This document shows positions 34,717-41,992 of a stretch of 41,992 bases of DNA, piece by piece; within the stretch, counting starts at the first letter, position 1; the number at the start of each line of letters is the position of its first letter. Below the pieces are notes generated by a model, which saw nothing but the letters and a program-made list of their open reading frames with translations, made no database searches and had not been told where the DNA came from. Location: assembly GCA_003160755.1 (NCBI GenBank), contig QEXZ01000002.1:1-41992 (forward strand), in the 5' to 3' direction. The stretch comes from Methanomicrobiales archaeon (GTDB lineage Archaea > Halobacteriota > Syntropharchaeia > Alkanophagales > Methanospirareceae). Position numbers and translations under genes: made by a program.

Positions 34717-34858
34717 CAATGAAACCGCGGCAATAGCCCCTAAAAGCACGGTCATAGTCTCAGTATGGTCGCTTCGCTAATACGAGTTTAAATGTTAAAA
34801 ATATGCTGGGAACATTATATAAAAATCAAGAGCATAGGTTGTAATAAAGGAGAAGAAT

Positions 34859-35161
34859 ATGGAACTGATCAAAGAAATGGAAAGGTATTTGCCTATTTCC
34901 GTTTATCCGTCTAAAGAACTTGCTCAACTCTTTCGTAAACAAGGGAAAGATATTAGCATGGATACGGAATTAAAGATAACCAAAGTGTTTGACTCCGGAG
35001 ATATGGGTGGTATAGTTTGCACTATACTTGAAGAGAACAAAGAAGCAGTTATTGTTTCATTAGCCCATCTCCGTGTACAGCCCACTCATCCTTTAAGTGA
35101 TAAAATATTGGCTTACCAAAGACGAAGAATGAAAAGTATCTCAAGGTCAAGAAGACGTTGA
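34859..35161 (+). CDS. hypothetical protein (100 aa, basic C-terminal tail)
   Basis: A good SD (AAAGGAG) lies 7 nt upstream. No family recognised. Confidence 0.45.
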   Translation: MELIKEMERYLPISVYPSKELAQLFRKQGKDISMDTELKITKVFDSGDMGGIVCTILEENKEAVIVSLAHLRVQPTHPLSDKILAYQRRRMKSISRSRRR

Positions 35162-35556
35162 ATGTAATGAGCATTAATTGATAGTCCACTGTTGATTATG
35201 TTATCAAACATATCGAAAACAAACAGTACAGTACCCTTTACAAAAGAACCCTTCTCCACACTTCTTTTTACCTTCAATAAGGTAGTTTTTTTAATAAGGT
35301 GTTTTTGTATCCCTTCATTCATAACTCTTATCACACCCCTTCCCCTTTCATTTTCATCGCTTTTTTCGGACATGAAGTAGGGAAGGATAAAACGATAAAT
35401 CAACGGTGACAGCATGGATAAAAAGAAGGTGTTAATATTGGGGTTTGCTTTGGTGCTTCTGTTCTTTTTGTTGAGATTTTGAATTGTGAGGTAGCCTCTT
35501 AAGAGACTGTCCCATAATGGGACAGCCTCCAAACCACAATTATCCGGCGTAAAAAA

Positions 35557-36441
35557 TTACTTCTCTATCGGAACAATCCTCTTTTTATCACCCTCCTTTA
35601 GCATATCGAGAATGTTAATCAGCTTTGACTGATCCGATACGACTATCTTTGTATTATCCTGCAAAGATGCCTGAGTCACCTCAAGCTGTTTCAAAACCTG
35701 AGCGTTCCCAATGAAGAACTCCTCTGCCGCTCTTGAGACTTTTTCAATCGCCTTCGCTTCTCCATCCGCTCGCAGTATTGCCGACTCTCGAGCACCTTCT
35801 GCCGTCAGTATCGCATTTTTCTTATCACCTTCCGCCTCAAGTATCTGCTTCTCTTTGTATGCCTCTGCACTCAAAATAGTTGCTCTCTTCTCCCTCTCTG
35901 CCTTCATCTGCTTGCTCATTGCATCTGCGATATCTTGTGGTGGGTCAATCTTCTGAACCTCTACCCGAACCACCTTTACACCCCATTTATCGGTTGCCTC
36001 GTCCAGTGTATCACGAAGCGCGGTATTGATTTTATCCCTTGCGGTAAGCGTCTGGTCGAGCGTCATGTCACCGATGAGGTTTCTCAGGTTCGTCTGCGCC
36101 AATTTGCTTATTGCAAACCTGAAGTTTGCGATCTCATATCTAATCGCCTTTGGGTCTGTCACAACGTAGTAGATGACCGCATCAACGGTTACTGCTACGT
36201 TATCCTTTGTAATAACCGCCTGAGGTGCGATGTCAATGACCGTCTCACGCATGTCTATCCGTTCTGCAATATTATCAACAAAAGGCACGATGAACCTCAA
36301 GCCCGGGTCCAAAGTCTCCTTATATTGCCCAAATCTTTCCACAATACCCTTCTCAGACTGTCTCACGGTAGTCACTGACTTCAGCAACGTAACTACTGCA
36401 ATAACGAAAAGGATTATACCTATTGCAAGTCCTATTTCCAT
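35557..36441 (-). CDS. SPFH/band-7 (stomatin-like) protein
   Basis: An N-terminal TM segment, then VRQSEKGIVERFGQY and a coiled-coil tail. Confidence 0.9.
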   Translation of the reverse strand: MEIGLAIGIILFVIAVVTLLKSVTTVRQSEKGIVERFGQYKETLDPGLRFIVPFVDNIAERIDMRETVIDIAPQAVITKDNVAVTVDAVIYYVVTDPKAIRYEIANFRFAISKLAQTNLRNLIGDMTLDQTLTARDKINTALRDTLDEATDKWGVKVVRVEVQKIDPPQDIADAMSKQMKAEREKRATILSAEAYKEKQILEAEGDKKNAILTAEGARESAILRADGEAKAIEKVSRAAEEFFIGNAQVLKQLEVTQASLQDNTKIVVSDQSKLINILDMLKEGDKKRIVPIEK

Positions 36442-36447
36442 TTTTTT

Positions 36448-36906
36448 TTATCCCCCTCTTTTTTTTACGATTAACGTGACTCCCGTCACATCAACCACAG
36501 TAATATCTTCTCCTTCTTCTATATTAATTCCTTCCTCAGATCTCGCCCGCCATTCCTCGTTTCCTATCTTTACCAGACCACTCGTATCTTTGCCAATACT
36601 GCTTTTGACGGTTCCAGTCTTACCGATTATCGCATCAACGTTCGTCTTTGTATCGCCCACTTTCATCTTCGCCTTAACGTATTTCCTTCCAATGCCCACG
36701 TACAGCGCGCAGAAGGCACTTGCACAGATAGCTGTTAAAAGCCACGAATCGGCAAAACTTGTCAGGAGACCACCCAATATTAGCGCAGAGCCAAGCATCA
36801 CAAGATCAAAACCGGTCTCCACTCCTATAAACAACTCTAAAAGAATCATCAGAAGTCCCACAACCACAAATGCAGCCCATAACCACGTATCAAGAAGTTC
36901 TATCAT
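36448..36906 (-). CDS. NfeD-family membrane protein (stomatin partner)
   Basis: TM segments plus a C-terminal OB-like domain (GKTGTV...GLVKIGNEEWRARS). It sits directly upstream of the SPFH gene. Confidence 0.8.
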   Translation of the reverse strand: MIELLDTWLWAAFVVVGLLMILLELFIGVETGFDLVMLGSALILGGLLTSFADSWLLTAICASAFCALYVGIGRKYVKAKMKVGDTKTNVDAIIGKTGTVKSSIGKDTSGLVKIGNEEWRARSEEGINIEEGEDITVVDVTGVTLIVKKRGG

Positions 36907-37009
36907 TTGTTTCTCGGTTATCCTTAATTTTTATTCTGATGAGTTTCAATATTATATGTTCATCATAGGGTATATAAAAGCTTTTCTTCTATTTGGCATT
37001 AGGATTAGA

Positions 37010-37639
37010 TCACAGTATATTCAAGACCGCTTCAACGTTATCAAAGACGAAATCAGGCTTTTCCTTTTCCAGTTCCTCCTTTGTGTACAGCCCGGTTGTT
37101 AAGCCAATTGTTTTCACGCCAGCCCTTCGTCCCTGGACTATATCGGGTGGTGTATCGCCACAATAGAACGCCTGAGCCGTTGAAGACTTGAGCAGTTCTA
37201 TCGCTTTGAGTAACGGTTCAGGGTCGGGTCTCGCTCTTTTGGTGTCCTCCGCAGTGAGCAAAAGGTCATTCGGGAACTGAAAAAGCCGTATCGCTGCTTC
37301 TGCTGATTCCCTATCCTTTGTTGTCACGATTGCTATTTTTATTCCTTTTTCTCGTAGCAGTTCAAGCGTCCTTTTCGCTTTCGGAAGTTCTTTTATCATC
37401 GGTTTGAATTTACCCCTCATAAGGCTGAGGAAGACCGAATCGAACTTAGCCGGGTCTCTATCCGGGTATAAAATCTTGAAAGAGATGAGACTTGGCAAAT
37501 AGATTATTTCCTTTATCTCTTTATCTGCGGGAACTCTCAAACCCATTATCCTCGCTGCTTCCTTGACCGAACTCAAAATCGCTGCGGACGAGTCAATTAA
37601 CGTGCCATCCATGTCAAAAAGACCTGTGTCGATTGTCAT
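37010..37639 (-). CDS. HAD-superfamily hydrolase (phosphoglycolate phosphatase-like)
   Basis: FDMDGTLIDS, VTTK, GDTPPDI. ATGA overlap with the AOR stop. Confidence 0.85.
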   Translation of the reverse strand: MTIDTGLFDMDGTLIDSSAAILSSVKEAARIMGLRVPADKEIKEIIYLPSLISFKILYPDRDPAKFDSVFLSLMRGKFKPMIKELPKAKRTLELLREKGIKIAIVTTKDRESAEAAIRLFQFPNDLLLTAEDTKRARPDPEPLLKAIELLKSSTAQAFYCGDTPPDIVQGRRAGVKTIGLTTGLYTKEELEKEKPDFVFDNVEAVLNIL

Positions 37640-39417
37640 TTTTTTCTCCTTATCCTCAACCTCTCCAATTTGCCTTCCGCAGGCACGCCATTTTCATCCC
37701 AGCCACGCATACGATAATATTCGTCGAGCGTCTTTAAAAACTCTTCTTTATCTATTACTCTTCCATTTACCTTCTCCTCAAAGAACCTATCAGGCAAAAT
37801 ATCATCCTCTTTACCAAACCCTTCCCTTACATTATACAGCCGTTCCACGTTCCATATCCGCTCGCCAGCGAGCATCAAATCCTCTGACGTATAGTCCACA
37901 CCCGTAACGGCACTCAATATGTTTGCATATTCCTCCTCACCCGCGCCGAGGAATGCGAATTTGCACACTACGAGCGAATCAACCGCAGCAAACCTGTCCT
38001 GGAATATTTTTGTATGCCCGGCTTTTCCCGCAAGTGTGTAAGGGTCAATCGCCTTTGGTTTTCGCAGTATCTCCGGTGCGACAAGATAAGCCCTTGTATG
38101 GCATCCACCGCGATTGGAAGTGGCGTAGCTGAACCCCAGCCCTTTTACACCTCGCGGGTCATAAGAAGGCAGAGAAAGCCCCTTTACCTGAATCGCCGTC
38201 TCCGGACGTCCTTCTGATGCTGCAAAGGAGCTCACACCCCTGCCAAGCTCTTCTCCAACGCCTTGTTTATCTCCTACCATCCTCGTCAAGTTTACAAGCT
38301 CATCAGGCGAGATACCTTTGTCGCGTAACTCCGAATAACAGCCCAGAACACCCGCTACTGAAATCGTATCCACGCCGTAATCGTTACAGAGCCGGTTCGC
38401 TTCTACAACCGCCTCATAATCAGGATTTTGAATGTTTGCACCCATTAAACCAACTGTTTCGTATTCCGGCAGTTCTCCATCCATTTTGTCCTCTCTTTTA
38501 CATGCAATTGGACAGGAATAACATGCACGCCTTTTTGGTGCTCGCTCTTTTTCTATGGTCTTTGCAAAAAAGGGTTTCAGATTGAAATCAGGCTCAGGCT
38601 CTGCCGTCCTGAAATTTGCTATCGGAAGCACGTTCATCCAGCTCGTTATCTTTACCAAAAACGGCGTTCCGAAAACCGACAAACCTTTGCTTATCGTCGG
38701 GCATGCAATCAGCAGCCGGTTAATCGCTTTCTTTTGCTTTGAAAATTCCGCTCTATCAGAGATTGCCACTTTTCCCGTGCCCTTCACCACGATTGCCTTC
38801 AGGTTCTTCGAGCCCATTACCGCACCCACGCCGCCGCGTCCAAAAGCGTGTGTCGCATCCGAAATGATAGAAGCCAGCGGCACAAGTTTCTCGCCTGCTC
38901 TGCCGATACAAGCAACGCTACCGTTGCTGCTGCCGCTGCCCTTTTGTTTTAAAAATCCCGTGGTCGCTTTTACGTTCTCGCCCCACAGCGTCTCTGCGGA
39001 TTTTAGCTCCACGCGGTCATCTTCTATTTCTATAAATACCGGGTCTGGTGATTTGCCTGTAATAATTATCGCATCGTATCCCGCTTTTTTCATCGCGGGA
39101 CCAAACGAGCCACCGCAGTTAGAGTCGAATATCGTGCCCGTCAACGGCGATTTTGTGGACAGTGAAACCCTGCCCGAGGAGGGTGTTGTGGTGCCTGTTA
39201 ACGGACCTGCAGCGAATACAAGCAGGTTAGCGGGTGCGAGCGCTTCAACACGTCCCGCATCATACAACATCTTCGCTCCGAGCCCCCGACCGCCGAGATA
39301 ATCATTAAGTAAAGACTGTTCAGGTACGAAGCGGTCTATTCGTCTTTCGGATTCGGAAAGGTCTATTCTGAGGATTTTCTTTTTCCAGCCGTATGCCGTG
39401 GCTGCGTTCATGTTCAC
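37636..39417 (-). CDS. aor: aldehyde:ferredoxin oxidoreductase (tungstopterin AOR family)
   Basis: N-terminus ILRIDLS...YLGGRGLG, cluster cysteines CYSCPIACKR, and GGCHTRAY. Confidence 0.9.
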   Translation of the reverse strand: MNMNAATAYGWKKKILRIDLSESERRIDRFVPEQSLLNDYLGGRGLGAKMLYDAGRVEALAPANLLVFAAGPLTGTTTPSSGRVSLSTKSPLTGTIFDSNCGGSFGPAMKKAGYDAIIITGKSPDPVFIEIEDDRVELKSAETLWGENVKATTGFLKQKGSGSSNGSVACIGRAGEKLVPLASIISDATHAFGRGGVGAVMGSKNLKAIVVKGTGKVAISDRAEFSKQKKAINRLLIACPTISKGLSVFGTPFLVKITSWMNVLPIANFRTAEPEPDFNLKPFFAKTIEKERAPKRRACYSCPIACKREDKMDGELPEYETVGLMGANIQNPDYEAVVEANRLCNDYGVDTISVAGVLGCYSELRDKGISPDELVNLTRMVGDKQGVGEELGRGVSSFAASEGRPETAIQVKGLSLPSYDPRGVKGLGFSYATSNRGGCHTRAYLVAPEILRKPKAIDPYTLAGKAGHTKIFQDRFAAVDSLVVCKFAFLGAGEEEYANILSAVTGVDYTSEDLMLAGERIWNVERLYNVREGFGKEDDILPDRFFEEKVNGRVIDKEEFLKTLDEYYRMRGWDENGVPAEGKLERLRIRRKK

Positions 39418-39475
39418 TTTTTAAAATGATATTATTTGGTGAAAAATAGTATAAATCCACGTCTAAATAATTATC

Positions 39476-39820
39476 ATGTCAGAGCAGATAAGAGTGGAGA
39501 AGCGGGAATCAAAACGCCCTTTTATAGCAAAGGATGGTTCTGAGATACGGGAATTATACAAATCCGCGAGGATGAGTTTGGCAGAAGCCACGGTTTATCA
39601 GGAAACGAAACGCCATTTTCACATGACTGCTGAGGAAATATACCACATTCTGGAGGGCAAGGGGATTATGGAAATAGAAGGCAAGTCCAAAGAGGTTTAT
39701 GTGGGCGATACGGTGGTTATACTTCCTGAAGAGAAGCACCGGATTTTCACAGATAAAAAAGTACGATTCTTGTGTTTCTGCTCGCCACCCTATTCTGATG
39801 CGGACACCGTTCTGGAATAA
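39476..39820 (+). CDS. cupin-domain protein
   Basis: HFHMTAEEIYHILEGKGIMEIEG...GDTVVILPEEKHRI. Confidence 0.7.
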   Translation: MSEQIRVEKRESKRPFIAKDGSEIRELYKSARMSLAEATVYQETKRHFHMTAEEIYHILEGKGIMEIEGKSKEVYVGDTVVILPEEKHRIFTDKKVRFLCFCSPPYSDADTVLE

Positions 39821-39826
39821 TCTTAA

Positions 39827-40126
39827 ATGACGAGATTCAGATACATTAAGCATGGCGTTAAACGAAAGCACGGAATTATAGAGGGCATTCTGCCCCTTTT
39901 GGAACAAATCTCTGAGATAGAAGGAGTGGAAAAGATTATACCTGCTTTGATATCGTATTCTCATTCAAGAGGCACACGGCATCCAGAACTGAGATTTCAA
40001 AGAGAGACTCCTTCTGGATTCAAGCTATTGGCTCACAGCAAAAGAAGCATTCAGGAAATATTTGTCGTAGTTGAGTGGTCAAAAAAGGAAGAAGTCAAAG
40101 ATAAATTACTAAAGGATTTTTTCTAA
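39827..40126 (+). CDS. hypothetical protein (99 aa)
   Basis: The ORF starts 7 nt after the cupin gene, suggesting coupling. No family recognised. Confidence 0.45.
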   Translation: MTRFRYIKHGVKRKHGIIEGILPLLEQISEIEGVEKIIPALISYSHSRGTRHPELRFQRETPSGFKLLAHSKRSIQEIFVVVEWSKKEEVKDKLLKDFF

Positions 40127-40837
40127 AAAGAAAAAGTGTATCAAGTTCAACTCATATCTCATATTTCCCGGGTCATATCTGAACACGCCCTCCGCAATTA
40201 TTTTATCTCCTTTTTGTAACGCGGAGATGGGAATAGAGTCATCGTCAGACTTTGCTCGTGCCTCTGTTTCTGCTTCCACCGTCACCCTCAGCAGATGTTT
40301 ACCGTGCTCATCAGCAAGATAAAAAACGTGTTTATACACGTTATCTGCGTAGCCCACAACGCTCACTCTTTCTCCTTTATAGTCCTCAGGATGCATCGCT
40401 ATCTGCGATACGAAAGCAATATTCTCGTTTTCATTTTCATTTTCGGCACTCAACTTTTTTATTGCATTCCCGTGCCCCCCGTGGACTACGAGTTCAGGTC
40501 TGCCTTTGTATGTCTTCACCCTGCCTTCTACCTCTACCACATCTCCATAGCTCAGGTTCAATTTCCCCGCGCTCTTGTCTGACGTGTCAACAAATATCAG
40601 CAGCTCTGTTTTGTTCCCTTTTAGCGTGATGACAGCCCCGTAGTCTGTGACACTGAAGCTGGTGATAATGCCACTTGTACGTATAAGTTCGCCTTCATGG
40701 TCTCCGGCTCCTGCTCTGCATGCAACTTCTTCCAGCGGCACGTAAGGAGGCTCTACAAAAGAAGTTAAAGATAACCCATATAAAATACCAACGCCTAACA
40801 AAGAGAAAACGATCACGGCTTTTCCTATGTTATCCAT
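40109..40837 (-). CDS. membrane-anchored protein with two OB-fold-like domains
   Basis: An N-terminal TM segment. Two segments resemble tRNA_anti-type OB folds (IRTSGIITSFSVTDYGAVITLKG; RVSVVGYADNVYKHVFYLADEHG). Confidence 0.55.
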   Translation of the reverse strand: MDNIGKAVIVFSLLGVGILYGLSLTSFVEPPYVPLEEVACRAGAGDHEGELIRTSGIITSFSVTDYGAVITLKGNKTELLIFVDTSDKSAGKLNLSYGDVVEVEGRVKTYKGRPELVVHGGHGNAIKKLSAENENENENIAFVSQIAMHPEDYKGERVSVVGYADNVYKHVFYLADEHGKHLLRVTVEAETEARAKSDDDSIPISALQKGDKIIAEGVFRYDPGNMRYELNLIHFFFLEKIL

Positions 40838-40856
40838 AACAATCTACGTTTTTCCT

Positions 40857-40998
40857 CGTTGTATATAATGTATAGCTTCCGTATATTTAAGACACAGATT
40901 TACACTGATTTACGCAGATTTATTTACGTTGAACACTGTTAATTTTTATCATCTGTGTTAATCTGCGTTAATCTGTGTCAACAATTTAGTTTTTTTTT
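40857..40998 (+). mobile_element. MITE-like element, copy 5 (starts 20 nt from the OB-fold gene ATG)
   Basis: CGTTGTATATAATGTATAGCTTCCGTATATTTAAGACACAGATTTACACTGATTTACGCAGATTT...CATCTGTGTTAATCTGCGTTAATCTGTGTCAACAATTTAG. Confidence 0.7.
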
Positions 40999-41027
40999 AT
41001 CCTACCTAACTATACAAATAACATACT

Positions 41028-41888
41028 ATGCTCGAACTGATAAGACAATTTGTCAACACGTACTACATCCACCCTATAACCCATGACACAGGCTACAACC
41101 CGGTAAACACGCTAACGTGGGCTTTATTACTGGCTTTGTGCCTGTTTTTGACCTTAAAATTACTAAAGAAGCTCGATGTAGAGATAAACAAACCTTTTAT
41201 CGCTGCTGTATCGCCTTACATCTTTGTTGGTGCGAGCCTGAGGGTAATGGAAGATGCGGAATTATTTTCGCCTCCCCTGAGCTACCTGCTGATAACACCG
41301 TTAATTTATTTTCTTCTGTTCTTTTGCTGCGTTGCCATACTTACAATATCGGTAAAGTTGTCCCTGGCGAACGGTACAGGTGTGAGGTGTGAGGTTTCAG
41401 GTTTGTGGTGTTTGGCGACTTTTGGTCTGGTGGGGATGATTTGGCTCTTCGTAAACCTGACAATTCTATTAAGGAACGAAGAAATAATTTTACCCTGGGT
41501 TCTCTTTGCCGTCATTGGCATTTCAGGCATAATATTGCTCGTGATATATACAATTGGAGCGAAATTCGGCATCGCATTTCTAACAGAGAAGCTGAACATC
41601 GCCGTTTTAGCTGCTCATCTGCTCGATGCTTCTTCATCGTATATTGGTATTGATAAACTGGGTTACAGTGGAAAGCACGTGATAGAAGGCATTATAGTAA
41701 AGTACACGGGTTCCGCAGCCGGAATGTTTCCGCTCAAGCTCGTAATACTAATCCCCGTGTTATACTTATTGGATACGCAATTTGACGAGAAAGAAAGAGA
41801 ACTGAAGAATCTCGTTCTGTTGGCTCTGCTTGTCATTGGTCTCGCACCTGCCGTTAGGAATACGCTCAGGATGATTTTAGGTGTTTAG
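41028..41888 (+). CDS. DUF63-family archaeal membrane protein
   Basis: N-terminus YYIHPITHDTGYNPVNTLTWALLL and a multi-TM profile. The family assignment is from memory. Confidence 0.55.
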   Translation: MLELIRQFVNTYYIHPITHDTGYNPVNTLTWALLLALCLFLTLKLLKKLDVEINKPFIAAVSPYIFVGASLRVMEDAELFSPPLSYLLITPLIYFLLFFCCVAILTISVKLSLANGTGVRCEVSGLWCLATFGLVGMIWLFVNLTILLRNEEIILPWVLFAVIGISGIILLVIYTIGAKFGIAFLTEKLNIAVLAAHLLDASSSYIGIDKLGYSGKHVIEGIIVKYTGSAAGMFPLKLVILIPVLYLLDTQFDEKERELKNLVLLALLVIGLAPAVRNTLRMILGV

Positions 41889-41958
41889 CTGCGATGAAAG
41901 TATGAGTTGTCATAAACTTAAATATACTTGACATAAAATAAATAGCGGTGATGTAAAG

Positions 41959-41992
41959 ATGGAATATGAAATCGTTGGCGACAATCTCCAGA
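41959..41992 (+). CDS. 5' end of a gene (MEYEIVGDNLQ...), possibly AIM24/TIGR00266-like
   Basis: The ATG is preceded by GGTGAT 6 nt upstream. Only 11 codons are visible. Confidence 0.3.
   Translation, partial: MEYEIVGDNLQ

Noticed and set aside
35113-35532. A 139-aa minus-strand ORF in the 35162-35556 intergenic region.
   Set aside because: It overlaps the end of the better-supported + strand ORF, spans the 78-bp repeat, has no SD, and shows no recognisable fold. I treat it as non-coding.
40426-40446. A (TTTTCA)n hexanucleotide run encoding ENENENEN in the OB-fold membrane protein.
   Set aside because: It is an in-frame, short linker-type low-complexity run. Slippage would only change linker length, so it is not notable on its own.

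Overview
The window reads as an archaeal chromosome segment, probably from a euryarchaeal methanogen or ANME-like organism. The evidence is the gene content: an archaeosine-type radical SAM protein, Tsr3, archaeal SRP54, AbrB-PhoU, DUF63, an AF2212-type antitoxin, tungsten AOR, a corrinoid protein, and AT-rich TATA-like upstream regions. I support about 50 protein genes and found no rRNA, tRNA or CRISPR array. Most genes are housekeeping or metabolic (cobA/hemD, OYE reductase, AOR, MATE, SPFH/NfeD, SppA). Accessory material is interspersed: two vapBC modules, a Fic protein, a TIR-domain protein with a recently expanded tandem repeat, a truncated hsdR, and an sppA remnant.

The main finding is a minus-strand operon at 20207->14775. 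It encodes an Mpa/ARC-like AAA+ ATPase, two divergent PafA/Dop (Pup ligase/deamidase) family paralogs, and a small, strongly charged protein ending in ...SGE. Together these look like a pupylation/UBact-type protein-tagging cassette. To my knowledge that chemistry has only been characterised in bacteria.

The intergenic regions are also unusually rich in at least four families of short repeats. These include a ~130-bp MITE-like, TATA-bearing element in five copies and a GC-rich double-hairpin element in four copies, one of which is nested inside a MITE-like copy.

All homology calls come from motif recognition by eye and from remembered family signatures. No searches were run.
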